From NCBI GenBank assembly GCA_013239625.1, contig MU056050.1:5775366-5839365 (forward strand): DNA of 64,000 nt, written 5' to 3'. The notes below the pieces were generated by a model. The model was not told the origin of the DNA. It saw only the letters and a program-made list of their open reading frames with translations, and ran no database searches. Made by a program: the position numbers and the translations under genes. The first letter of the stretch is position 1; the number at the start of each line of letters is the position of its first letter. This DNA comes from Lama guanicoe. Lineage: Eukaryota. Shown in pieces: positions 37,201 to 49,440 of this stretch.

Positions 37201-37418
37201 CAGAGGTCATCACACATTTTTTTCTGTAAAGATCCAGATAGTAAAGTGTTTTAGCAACCATATGGTCTCCGTCATAACTACTCAACTCTGCCATTGTACT
37301 ATGAAAGCAGACATAGGCAATGCACAAATGTATGGGCATGGCTGTTCCAATGACACTTTATTTACAAAAACAGGCAGAGAAATCAGATTTGGCCCCAAGT
37401 CATAGTTTGTCAACACCT
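37201..37418. mobile_element. MER58A (hAT-Charlie MITE)
   Basis: ttttctgtaaagatccagatagtaaa...ccatatggtctccgtcataactactcaactctgccattgtac...gggcatggctgttccaatgacactttatttacaaaaacaggc...gatttggccc...tagtttg. Confidence 0.88.
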
Positions 37419-37759
37419 CAACCACATGATCTCTAAGAGGTCACTCGGTTCTGATGTTCTGTGACTCTGGAGTATGAAGGATCAGGTTTGGTTTTAGGGA
37501 ATTTGGGATCATCTTTCATGTCATACCACGTAAGAACCACCTATTCTGCTTGTGCTTAGACCTGGACAGCCCACGGAGTAAACAGAGCAAGCTAGGCAAA
37601 GTGCCAGGATGCCAAACCACTGAAAAGTGTTTTATGTGCTTAAGTCACTACCTCCCTTCTAGACAGGAATAGTATTAGCGTCCTCGGTGGTTCCCATCAC
37701 AGCATATTACAGGCTGGTAGAGAATCAGGAAGAGAATGCCCCTGCCAGACTGAGGACTG

Positions 37760-38392
37760 GTATATGAAGAATTTAACTTTGCCCAGAAAGAGGTCTGGCT
37801 TTTGCCCTTGGCTTTTGGAAAATAACTTCTAAGCCTTTGGAATATCATTCCTTACATTCTCTGTCTTTGTTTATGTGGGGGTCTTGGTCACTGGAGAATC
37901 TACCAATAGGATTACTGACAGGGACTTTGGGCCACACAGTATCCACTTTACTTCAAGAGGGACTGGAGACTGAAGGTGAGCCATGTGACATCAGTCCTAC
38001 CTCCAGAGTGCCTGAAAAGTAAGGGTCAGACACGTAGGCAGTCAACCGTAGAACCGGAATAAACTCTCTGGACACCAAGAGTCAGGTGAGCATCCCTACT
38101 TGAAAATACCCTGTGTGTACTGTCACAAACTGGGGATGGTCACACAATACTGCCCAGGGTTCCATTGGAAAGGACAACTGGAAACTACGTTTTCAACTTT
38201 CCTGGACTTGGCCCCGTGCATCTCGTCCCTCACGTGATTTTAATTGATCCTTCTGTAATACACCTTAACCTTTAAGATAACAGCTTTGAGTGGGTACTGT
38301 GAGTCCTTCTAGCAAATCATTGAACCTGAAGGTTGTTTAGGGGAGCCCCTCAAACTTGCATTTGGTGTCAAAATTGAGTACAGTCCTGTGGA
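37760..38392 (+). mobile_element. MER21-family (MER21C-like) LTR
   Basis: aagaatttaactttgcccagaaagaggtctggcttttgcccttggc...tctaagcctttggaat...tgtctttgtttatgtggggg...tgtgagtccttctagcaaatcattgaacctga. Confidence 0.82.
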
Positions 38393-38959
38393 GCTAAGGA
38401 AAGAGAAAGAAATTGATTTACCTTCCCCTGCTCTCTTATCCTCATACTAACGTTCTCAGGCTTTTAAAATGGCCAACTTTGACTCTGTGGTCTTTTAGAC
38501 CCCCCAACGGCAAACTCCCAAATACTATGAAGTCGCAGAACCACTTCAACAGGGAAATGCTATGCCCTTGATGTTGGCCATCAACATCCATGAGGTCCCG
38601 ATGCTGAGGTCATAACGTAGAAATGCAACAACTCTGATTGACAGGTGACCATCAAAGGAGAGGCTGGGGGCATGTATCCCAGGCATTCTATCACAGAAGG
38701 TGGCTGAGCCAAATCTACGAGGTTTCACTGCCATGTCATTCATTACCCCCACCTCTCCCTCCCTCCCGTCTCTTGTCTCTCTCATGCATGTGCAAGCTCG
38801 AGCTTGCGCTCACGCGCTCTCTCTCCCCACCCCCCCTTCCTCTCTCTTGCTGCCCTCCCTTTTTCCCTCTCTATTTTTGTTATGGTCAATTAGGTCATTT
38901 AAAGCGCAGCAATGATATAGCCAACTGAATTGTTTATTCATCCCAGCCATCTGAAAACT

Positions 38960-39290
38960 ATGTACTATTTGAAATGTCAGTCAGAATAGTTGAGTAAAAT
39001 ATGATATATCCACAATGTAATGCTACTAAGCTGTTAATACGATATTTGTAGTGTTTTAATGACACAGAGAAAATGATTCAAACTTACTGGAAAGAGGCAG
39101 GATTGGAATTTTATATACAGCGTGTCAACTGTATATGTTTCTATACACGTCTCTAGTGCAAATAATAATGTAGGAAATATACACAAATATTCAGTGATTA
39201 TTTCTGGATTATGAATGATTTCCTTTGTTTTACTTTACATATTGGTTCCAGAGAACTAATATATTTTAGAGATTAAAAAATATTATTTTA
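38960..39290 (+). mobile_element. Old L1ME-like 3' fragment
   Basis: cagaatagttgagtaaaatatgatatatccacaatgtaatgcta...ggaaatatacacaaatattcagtgattatttctggattatgaatgattt. Confidence 0.55.
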
Positions 39291-41240
39291 CAAAGTAGAA
39301 AGTGTATTGATGACCACAAGGGAGACAGTAGCTGTCAGTGCCTAGAATCCTTCCCCCTTCCAGAGACACACCTCACAGTGCACCATATGTGTCTTTCACG
39401 TGGCAGAGGCCGTGTCGCCTCCCTTCACTGCTGAATCCCCATCCCGTCACAAAGAGCACAGTATAGAGCCAGCGATTGCCCGGGAAATGTCTGCAGAGCC
39501 ATGGATACAACGGTACAAAATGTTGACTTAGTTTCCAAAGGTCACAAATGACACTCCTTCAAGAACCTATCCACTGTTCCGCTGGCCTGAAAGGATCCAA
39601 GAAAACTACTTGTCAGTCTCTTATGTGAGAAATACTGCATAACACAGAAGAGAAATACAATGCTTTTTCCACACGACTTAGTGCAGGCTAAATTCTCTTC
39701 TCGCCTGACAAGCACCATGTCTCTCTGGCTGCCCAGATACCTTCTTCCCCGCCACCCAATTAACAGTGCGTTAAAGACCATTCTTCTAACACCTTTAACC
39801 TTAATCACTCACTGCCATGTGGCTTTCAAACCGTTCCACTTACACAAATGCCAAGTCATACCGTTCTATTTCTTGGAACTACTCGTGTAGATCAGAATTT
39901 GTTTACTGCTATGGGAGCCAATTCTCAACATTTCCAACAACCCCGAGGGGTTTCTGGCCCAGCCAGTGACCTCACACTTACATACAATGTTGCTCATTTG
40001 TGAGGTCCTCTGGTGTCTAAAGGAATCTCTTGTCCAATCTTCCAGAGTGCAGTCAGCCATGGGACCAAAAGAGGCACCACTTTATGGGGGCCTTGTGAAT
40101 AATTCTGAGAAAATTTCCAGCACATTCTTGATTCTTATCAGTCCCCACCCAAGAAAAAGTAGGAAATACAAGGACTGATTTTTGCATCTTTCCTTGAATC
40201 CGCTTTAGGAGATATAATGAAGTGGCTACTGAATTACTCACATTATATCAAATGGCCACTATGTGAAAAATCAATTTTAGGAGCTTTAGAGGTGACACTT
40301 TAAAAATAGAAATGCTCCTTTGTCCCATGTTCCTGAAACCCTGACAATCTAATTTCTGTGCAAGCACTTAAATAAGAAAAAGGTTGACTGTTCCTCTCCA
40401 AGAACTAGAAAATATACTATCAGAAAGTCAAGCAGGAATTCCAAAAACTCACCTGGATGAAAAAAAGTTAGGCAGGGAACCACTTCTAGGTCTTCCACAT
40501 TAACACAGAGTATGCACCATTCCTGACCCCTGCTCTGGGCCGAATATAACCAATAACATTTTTATGAGCTTCACAGGAGAGTGGGAGATTTCCAGGTCTT
40601 TGGTCCACAAATTAGAGAGTCCAATCCTAATCAAGATGGCTAGAGATGAGGATCAACTGGTTCTAGGGTTTCAGGGTGACCTAACCAATTCCACTAAACC
40701 CTATATATGCGATTTGAATAAAAACCTCAGTATGTAACAGTATTCCAGTGAAATATCTCTAAGTATATTTCTCTGTAACAGACTTTTGATACCTAAGTTT
40801 CCCAGCGATATAAATTTAAACAGTAAGAAATGCATAATTCTCCAGTAAGTATTCCAAGTACAATTATACCCTGAGATGGGAGAATCATTTACAGAAGAAA
40901 ATATCTACACAGTATTACTTGATCTATGATATTGGCCATTTAAGGTTACCTTTGTTAATATATGGAATATGGGTAAAAAATACTAGAGAACTGAGAACTT
41001 TTCCCTCCTCTGCACCTTTGCTTCCTGCTATTTATTTACTTAATTTCTGTTATTTTGTCCTCCCAAAGCTACTAATTTCCCTGGCATCACGGATGGCACT
41101 AAACATTGTCCCAAGGAATACACACACACCCGCACCACACATGTGTGTGGCTGTAGGCATTCGCGTTGCACCAGTATGTCTCTTAATACACACGTTTAGG
41201 TTCTCTGCAAAGACAGAATTTCAAACCACACTGTTTCATT

Positions 41241-41475
41241 TGGGCTGAGCCAGTTAGCTCCTTTGGTTAGAAACCAAAATTCACAAAGCTAAGATAGAAG
41301 TTTGACAAACACGAGAAAAACTGTTCCAGTTGCTACAGCTAGAGCTCTGACCTAGGCCACAGATGGAATCCTAACCTCAGCTCAGTGAGTCACCTTGGTA
41401 AGAGGGACTTTAGCTTAAGTGAGATTGTAAGGATGGCTCAGGGCAAATCCACACTGACTACTAGAGAAAAACTAA
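41241..41475 (+). mobile_element. MamSINE1-like ancient tRNA-derived SINE
   Basis: Head gggctgagccagttagctcctttggttaga; body ggccacagatggaatcctaacc...ggatggctcagggcaaatccacactgactactagagaaaa, collinear with the recalled MamSINE1 consensus. Confidence 0.65.
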
Positions 41476-41984
41476 AAGAAGGCTGCTATTGGGTCCCACG
41501 TATGCCGTTTTTGTATATAAAGGATACACAGCTCATTACTTCCTTTGTTCAGCGAAATGTAAACCTCTCCAGACCCCTCCTTACTTCTGGCAGCTCAGTC
41601 TGTGCTCTCTGCTTGTAATGACTTTGGCTTTTGGGATTAGCATAGCTTTAAGGCTACTGAGTTGGTTTATTTCTGTTTTATTTCCCCTGGACCCATGCAG
41701 AATGTGCACAGAGAACACAGTCTTGACCTTTGAGCTGCATAATGCTTTTGTAATCAATACCATAGGAAATGCATCGCTTTATCTTTTCTAACACTTAAAA
41801 AAATGTATACACACCATTTGTAATGTTGTTGTCAGCCTGCAGATAAAGGGATGGCGACTGGGTCTGTCTGTGATGGTCCTCGGCTATGTTTCTGCAGAAA
41901 AAGCATCACTTCTATATAATGACAATAGAGCTTAAATTCCTGGGATCTGAACCCAGACCAGTACCCTGACAGAAGTCTCTGTAA

Positions 41985-42145
41985 TCAGAGTTTTCAGTGC
42001 CAGCTCATTTGAATCTCACAACCCATCCTGAAGCAAATAGGGCAGAGTTTAGTTTTCTTCATTTTTAGAGGAGAGAAAAAGAAGTGACTCGCCCAGGCTC
42101 ACACAGCCGCTTACTGATAGAGCAAAGACTGTCCCAGGTCTCATG
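41985..42145 (-). mobile_element. MIR SINE
   Basis: ctcatttgaatctcacaacccatcctgaag...catttttagaggagagaaaa...gaagtgactcgcccaggctcacacagc. Confidence 0.75.
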
Positions 42146-43319
42146 GTTCTCTTGTGTGGCTCATGTCAACAAACAAGAGCAGGTACACAGATGAGATAGG
42201 CTCTATTCAAAATTAGAGCAATCTCCCAGAGTCGGTCATACTCCCCTTTCTCTTGGGACAAGTGTATCCTTATGGATACCTGGTTATTCTATGTGCCAAG
42301 ACTCTTGGAGAAAGTTTAACAGAATTAGAAGAATTTACCTTGAAGCTAATTTGTTTTTTCATTCCATTTTTCATTTTATTTTTTTTTTGACGTACAGTTT
42401 ACAATGTTGTGTCAATTTGAAGCTAACTTTGAAATCACAAAGTTTGGTGCGATTTTTGCACCCCTACATTTCCACCTTCTTACTTCTCATTTCTCCCCTT
42501 TCATCGTTCCCTGGTTAGCAGATAAACGTGTCTATTTCCTTTTCTCTCATTTTTTTCCCCCACTGCCTTTAGCCGTTTGCCTCAGTGCTCAGGCTTCCGG
42601 GGGCATTGCGTAATCTGTCCTGGATACGTGGATAATGTATGTTTCTCACTATTCCCAGCGCTCTTCTTCACTATTTCCTGCAGGAATTAATTCCAATTTG
42701 TCACCTTTTACTGACACCAGTGACAGCCACCAATCCCACATCTAGATTCTACTCTTTCTTTAGAATTCAGGGATCTCTGTATGTTTCAGCTTTGAAATTT
42801 GTTCACCCAAAGGTTTGCAGCTCTTTTTTTCTTAGAGTTGTTTCCAGAAGTCCTGATAGAGTTGAGATTATATTTAATTTCCATTGGAAAAGTGATTGCA
42901 AGCCTACCAGGTAATGGCACAGATGTGAAACGAAAAACCAGCAAGGGCAGCCCTTCAAGTTTAGCAGGGAGGCTGATGTGTGAGCAAAACCAAAGAACAA
43001 GATACTATCCTTTACCCATGCCCTCCTGCCAATCAGAAAACCAGAGGAAGATTCTTAATCTTGATTGTACTATCAGAAAACATGAGAGATATGGTAATAA
43101 AAAAAGTAACTGGTCAAAATTTTCAAGCACTTACAAGAATTACCTGCCCATTTTCAAAGATTTTCAGTAAGGACAATTATGCAATTTTTCTCTGAGGTGG
43201 CCTGCAACTGGGCAAATACATCAAACTTCACAAAAAACATAAGGTATGTGGACATGAACTCTGAACATCATAAATCTTATCCAGACTGGTGGAAGACTAT
43301 TTTTAGAAATAGAATATGT

Positions 43320-43800
43320 TTATTTACTGAGTGATAGGCTCAGTCATAGGACTCAAAAAATAATAAAGAGGAATAAAACAGAGCTTTGCTTCTAGAGGCT
43401 CACAGTTTCCTTGGGGAGCTCCATAATGAGCATGATAGGCACTGTAATAGTACTTTGCACATAATTCTATAGGATCAAAAAGGAAAGAAGCATCAAATCT
43501 GTCTAAGAGGGTTGGGGAAGGATTTGTGGTTGGATCTCGATGACTGTACAAGAGAGTGCTAGGTGGGAGAGACAGGAAGACTTAGAAAGGATGTGACCTA
43601 TTTTTACAGATTATTTCAGTGACAGAGATGAAGTTTTATGATAGTAAATGTACTGTGGTAGCCTTGTAGTCCATGATGGGAATTTAGGACTATATACTGT
43701 ACACAGATTTATGACAGAGAAGTATATGGTCATATTTCCATTTTAGAAAAAACCACAATGACTTCCAGACAAAGGCAGTGCTAGAGGAAAGAGAATAAAG
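43320..43800 (-). mobile_element. L2 3' region (antisense, decayed)
   Basis: atttactgagtgataggctcagtc...ctttgcttctagaggctcacagtt...gggaatttaggactatatactgt...atggtcatatttccattttagaaaa. Confidence 0.6.
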
Positions 43801-43984
43801 GATGTATCACAGAGTCCAAGTTGTCAAGTACCTGCCTGAAGCTGTCCAGTGGCTGAAACAACCTAGCAGTGCTGAATAGTTGAGTTCAATACTAATGGGA
43901 ACAAGAGGCAGGGGGAGAAATAATAAGAAAATTTCAATGGGCAATAAACCATGAAAGAAAAGGGAGAAAGTATCAGTGCTACAA

Positions 43985-44135
43985 TTGATTATTTACTATA
44001 TACTATGCACAGAATGAAATGTTTTATACCTACTATCTCATTTAATCCTTTCAACAATCTGATGAAGTAAGTATAATCATCCAAGTTTACAGATGGATAA
44101 TCTGTAGCAGAAAGTGATTGTCTTGCCCAGGGTGA
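43985..44135 (-). mobile_element. MIR SINE
   Basis: tatctcatttaatcctttcaacaatctgatgaagtaagtataatcatccaagtttacagatgga...cttgcccagggt. Confidence 0.78.
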
Positions 44136-45379
44136 TGAAAGAGAATTCCTACCTCCACTTGTAGTTTCTTACCTAGAGAAAGCAAGAACACACAAAAGAG
44201 AGTGGCACAATACAGGAAAAAGAAACACGAGGAAAAGTTAAAGAAAAAAAATTAAAGAAGAAAATGATGAAAAGGAAGCAGATTATATTGATGGATGACC
44301 TTACACAGAAACTCGAGAAAAGATTTCACTGCATCTTGCCTTGAAGTCTCTTATCCAAGGTGCCAAAGATTAGTGACCAATAGCATGAATGTATATTTCC
44401 GTAACAATTAGCCAAGGGTGTGTATCTGAGTACAGATCCAACTGTTACTTGGTTAACCCAGACCAAATTACAATCTTTGACCATTTTTAACCTACAAAAA
44501 CAGCATCTTAAGGGCTTCCCATCATACTAATTTTAAAGTGAAATATGTTCCCAGCCAAAGGTGACTTCCTTACCTTTAAGCCTTGTTACCCTCAGCCCTA
44601 CAAACCTGCCCAGGGAAACTGGACACATGCCAAGCTGCAATGACTAAGAGATGGTCCACAAGTGGATCTGCCCAGTTTAAAAAGCCATGGGCAGTAAACA
44701 GTAGGAAAATGTACTCCTATTGTGATTGTTTCGCTGTGTGGAGTGGAGATGGTAAAAGTATAGAGAGTTGTCAGAGGACTAACTAAACTGAAAATAGGAC
44801 CTGGGAATCACTGAGAGGTGTATATTTCTCCCATCAGGGCTGATAACGGGATGTGATTATATTTTTGTAAATGGTGACTGCATTCAAACGCACTTCAATC
44901 TTGTTTTACAGGTCTTCAAAAAGAGAGGCTATTTAAAGACTTCATATCAATTAACAGGTTCATTAATAAAAGCTTTCTCTCCAAGAAGAAGATTGCTATC
45001 TCCATGGATAGACTGCACTTTTAATTACATGAAATGATCTCCAAGTAAAGCTGTACTGAGCCGTCTGTGCACCAGACCATCACCTCTGCTGTTTTGCAAC
45101 TGGTGGCCTTTAAGAATCCTTTTTTTTTTTTTTGGAGGACTTTCATTTTCTTGAATACTGGTTAAAGGATGATGGGAAGACAGGTGGAAAATCAAGATAG
45201 GAGGCATAAAAGCAAACTGCTACATATTTGATTTTTTTCTGTTTATCAGAAGCAAATGAAAGAAGGAGAGGAAAAATCTCTCTTGGCAGATATAAATTAC
45301 ATTCTTTACTTTTTTTTCTTTTTTTAATAAACCATCTTCTCCTGGGGAAGAATCTTGTATTCAATATTGAACACTAACA

Positions 45380-45810
45380 TTTTAGAGCTGGAAGGAACTT
45401 TAGATATTATTTAGTTCTACACTTCATGTCACAATTAGGAAACCAAGATTAGGAGAGGATATATATGTTGGTCAAGGTAAGTAAGTGGCAGTCAGGCCAA
45501 GAACCAACATCTTGAGTTTCCACCTTTGTTCATTACACTGGGTCAGGTATCTTAGTTTCTGGTCCTACATGATAATAACAACTAACATGTTAAACACTTA
45601 CTAATGTCTCTCTACAGTAACGTATTTAACCCTTACAAGAACTCTTTCAGTTAACTGATTATTATCCACTTTTATGGATAAGGAATCTGAATCCCTGAAA
45701 AGTAAATTGAATTTTCCAGAATCATCTAGCTAGTAAGTCAGGTGAAGTCATGCTTTAAAGCCTGACAGTCCAGGTCCAGGGTCTTTTATTCTTAACTCTT
45801 CCACTGTATA
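45380..45810 (-). mobile_element. MIR3 and MIR fragments
   Basis: ttagagctggaaggaactttagatattatttagttc...ggaaaccaagatt (MIR3); atttaacccttacaagaac...attatccacttttatggataaggaatctga...agctagtaagt (MIR). Confidence 0.65.
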
Positions 45811-46319
45811 TTGTGGTATCTACCTTCAAAGATGCATATTCTGTTTCCTCAACTAGATATAACTAACAGTACCACTTGTATCTCAAATACTGGGCAGATA
45901 GAAAGCATGGGATATCTGTTTGATCCTGAGGAAGGTAGTAGCAAAGGTAGGAAAACAATGATTGTAGCAGGTGACAAGATGAATTTACATTATAACCACC
46001 ACACTGGTGCTATCAGTGGGCTCCTACTGCCTGTCCTGGGCCTCTCCCCCTAGTAGAGATAGACACATAATTGGATTCAAGTTTTTCCCAAACTTCCCTT
46101 TTCCATACACTAAGCTGTTCTTACAATAACTTTATAATAAATGGTGCCTGATGGCTTCCCGGAGAAAGGTTAAGGATTTGACAACTTGGCCTTTTCAGCC
46201 TGATGACTTCAGTACAAGAAGAGAGTAGCTGGACCGTTGGCCCCACTGGCAGAACTACAGTTACTGCCCTCAAGAAGCAAGCTATCAGCACGTGGGTGAC
46301 CAGGGAGAACTGAGAACTC

Positions 46320-47150
46320 TTATCAATTCAAGTCACCAAGCATTTCTCACGTACCTCCTGTCTGCCAGTCACTTTGCCAAGTGCTGTGGGAGACACAGGG
46401 ATGAAAAGGACACTGCGTGGTCTTTGAGGGTCTCTCACAGATTAGTGGCAACAGACTCATCAATAAGTGACACCTGAAGCAGAATAACATGCATGTCTCA
46501 TACGGGCAGCAGCCATGTGCTGTGGACACAGAAACCACTTCCTCTCACTTGGAGACATGGGAGCTTCAAAGATCAGGTAACATTTGAGCTAAGACTTGAA
46601 GAATGAGTAGATTTCGTAGATGATGAAGATGATTAGAGAGAGGGGAAAGAGGATGATTCTAGAGAGAGCAGTAAGAGCAAAGGCCTGTAGGTAAGAAATG
46701 TCCAGGTGCATTATGATGAGCCCCCAGTTTGTTCTTAGGAGTGGTAGGAAGGTCAAACTGGGAAATGTAATTAGGGACCCAAACATGGAGAGCCTTATGT
46801 ATGTAGGTAAGGAATTGGCTTTATTATTTTGAAAATTTGGATCATTTAAGAATTTTGATGAGGGGTAGGGTATAGCTCAGTGGTAGAGTGCGTGCTTAGC
46901 ATGCACCAGGTCCTGGGTCAATCCCCAGTACCTCCATTAAAAAAATAACAACAAATAAATAAACCTAATTACCAACCCCCTCCCCCTCCAAAACACAGTC
47001 TTTGAAAAAAAAAGAATTTTAAGCAGAGGAATTGCAGGACTTGAACTGTGACTTAAGGCAATCTGGTCTCACCATGTAGAATGGATTCAAAAGGAGAGGC
47101 TAAAGGCAGTAAGAGAGTTTGGGAAGCTGTTATGGTGGAAAATAAAATGA
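46320..47150 (-). mobile_element. L2 3' region (antisense) carrying a Vic-1 insertion
   Basis: caagcatttctcacgtacctcctgtctgccagtcactttgccaagtgctgtgggagacacagggatgaaaaggacac...catttgagctaagacttgaagaatgagtagatt...agcaaaggcctgtagg. Confidence 0.8.
46862..47011 (+). mobile_element. tRNA-derived SINE, Vic-1 type
   Basis: ggggtagggtatagctcagtggtagagtgcgtgcttagcatgcaccaggtcctgggtcaatccccagtacctcc...aaacctaattacc; partial TSD aagaatttt at 46848-46856 and 47012-47020. Confidence 0.92.
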
Positions 47151-48214
47151 TGTGACCTGGGCAGAGTTGTGACAAATAGCCTTTCTTTGGGGGTACTTCC
47201 AGAAGAACCCACAGAGCACCTCACCCCCTTTGCCTGCCCCCACCAAACAGCTGTCTCAACCCAGGCCCTGTTCCCCAAGGAACCTGCTAAGTGAACAGGA
47301 GGGGACGTGGAATGAATTCATCATGTAAATTCTAAACATAAATATCCAAGAACATAGCCTTCCTCAGTACTACAGCCAGTATATTTATTCATTGATAGGG
47401 ATCCCGTGAAGACAGTGGCTGGACATCTACAGTCACCATTAGCCAAAGTGAGATGGAGATGTCGCAGCTTGATGATGTAAGTGGTCAGGCAGAGGCACCA
47501 GCCATGCTAGGCTTTAGATGATGCCCCAGAGTACAGGCCCAACAGGGAAAGAAAAATGATTTGTGAGCTGTGCTTCTGTGTTCTCCTGTTGTCCTAAAAT
47601 GAACCATCATTTAACTAAAATATTCCAATGGAATTAGAGCTGTCCTAAGGGGAAAAGTGTTTCTATAATCCGCATGTATGTTTGAATTTGCCTATCCGTG
47701 CATTTCAGAGTGAGGATCCAGGCCGGAAACTATTCTCATCACCCCAGCAAGTAAATCAAACTGATTTACAAATTTTTCTCTGCTCTGCTCATTGCCTTCT
47801 ATGATAGACATGATCAATTCCAGTTGCTCTGAAGCCCAAATAAGGTCAGAATTGCAATACTATTAGGGGTGGATTTATTGCTGCAGGCCTCTGCTCCTTG
47901 CAAAAAGGTGGGAAGGAAAACACCTGAGGGACTGCGGCCTTCAGGAGGCGCTGTGCTTCACAGTGGTTTGTGTGGCTCATCGTGGGCATGAGAAAAACGA
48001 AGGCAGTTAAAATTTGTCTGCAAATCTGTTGTTTCCTGGTTTGCTTCTAGGAACACACACCACCATCTGTCTCACTGGTCTTAAATCAAAGCCTGTCGCT
48101 GTAACACGAGTGCTTTCTGCCTCTCTGTATTCTGCTTTCTGGTGTCATCCTTGAAGAAGTTCAAGGGTTGTGCTTTGTGAATCTGTACTTCCAAAGAAAA
48201 CCAAACCACCCCAC

Positions 48215-48349
48215 CTCATTTTTTCAAAACAAAGGCATATGGCTGGACTCCAGAAGACGCCATTCAGAGACACGATAATGTGAATGGTGCCATCTGGAGT
48301 TGGGTAACACTGAGGCCCTACAATTCCACACGCCCTCCCAGACCTTGAT
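48215..48349 (-). other. Candidate 135-nt exon of an unidentified minus-strand transcript
   Basis: Strong acceptor (long U-rich tract ending atgttttctccag|ATC), donor GAG|gtgggg, length divisible by 3, one open frame. Product not recognised. Confidence 0.3.
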
Positions 48350-48639
48350 CTGGAGAAAACATAAAAAACAAACAAAAGAAGGAATTGTGTCATGGTTACA
48401 GTGGCTGTCCTTTGTCATCCTCTTCATTCTGCTCACTCTCTAATTTGTGTTTTTCTTCTGTGGCAGAGAAGATGGTATACGCCCACTAAAACCCACGTTC
48501 TTCTCTCCTTTCTGAGCACAGCCCTAGACTGTACTTCCCAAGGGCACCATGGAACGAAGTCTTATCAACGAGCAGCAGTGACATAGGTCACTTCAGGGCC
48601 AAAGAACTCAAAAGTGGATGCTCCTTCCATGTCCCCTCC

Positions 48640-48856
48640 CTTTATATGAGAGAAGGATGCCGGCAGATACTCAGCCTACAAGATGGCAGAGCTGCTACAT
48701 GGAAAGTGGCTGAGGCCCCGATGACTGAGGGGAGCAGGGCTCTCCTGCAGTCCCACACTGGACAGTGACAGGTCAGAGAGATATGCTTTGAATGTGTTAT
48801 GCCAATCAGATGCAAGGAATTTTTGTTATAGCCATGATGGTGAGCCAACTTACACA
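48640..48856 (+). mobile_element. MLT1-family (MaLR) LTR 3' fragment
   Basis: aagatggcagagctgctacatggaaagtggctgaggccccgatgac...ggagcagggct...tgtgttatgccaatcagat...ttgttatagc...taca resembles the MLT1H/J end. Confidence 0.6.
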
Positions 48857-49254
48857 CCTTCCCAATGTCTTCAAATGTAAACTTTGTCCTGACTGCACAG
48901 GGCCTTCCACTCCAGATCCCCACCCAAACCTGACCCCTCAGATCCTCATTGGAGTATTTGTGCTCCCAGTTCCTTTCTAATGGGTCTCTATTCTCTGTGA
49001 CCCCAGAATTTTTCATAAAGTAATCCAGAATTTCATGTAAGAACCATTCATGAGTTACTGGATGTCACTTTCCTCGGAGGAAAACAAAATCAGATGAGGA
49101 CAAGGCTCAGGATGGTTCCCATCTGTCACAGTGTCATTTGGGATTTGGTGAGGACCGTCAAGTAAGAAATGAAGAGAGAATGTAATAGTTTTGCGAGTTA
49201 AGTGCACTAAACTGAGAACTCTCTGAAGCTAGGCACTGAGTCCACCTTGAAAGT

Positions 49255-49440
49255 CAGAGGGCTGAGCTCAACCTCAACTTTGCCATTTCTGTGATCATAG
49301 GGAAGTAGCTTCTCTGGGTGGCAGGTTCCTATTTATAAAACAGGAATGACTATATTAGCCCCTTCTTTGGGTTATGAATTAAATGAGAAGAGGTGTGCAA
49401 AGCACTTAGCATACAGCCTGGCACAAAAGAATCCTTCAGT
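49255..49440 (+). mobile_element. MIR SINE
   Basis: tttgccatttctgtgatcatagggaagt...ttcctatttataaaacaggaatga...gaattaaatgaga...gtgcaaagcacttagcatacagcctggcaca. Confidence 0.8.

Noticed and set aside
48676..48689. CTCF-like CTACAAGATGGCAG
   Set aside because: Lies in the MLT1 LTR fragment, where aagatggcagag is part of the consensus; no independent support.
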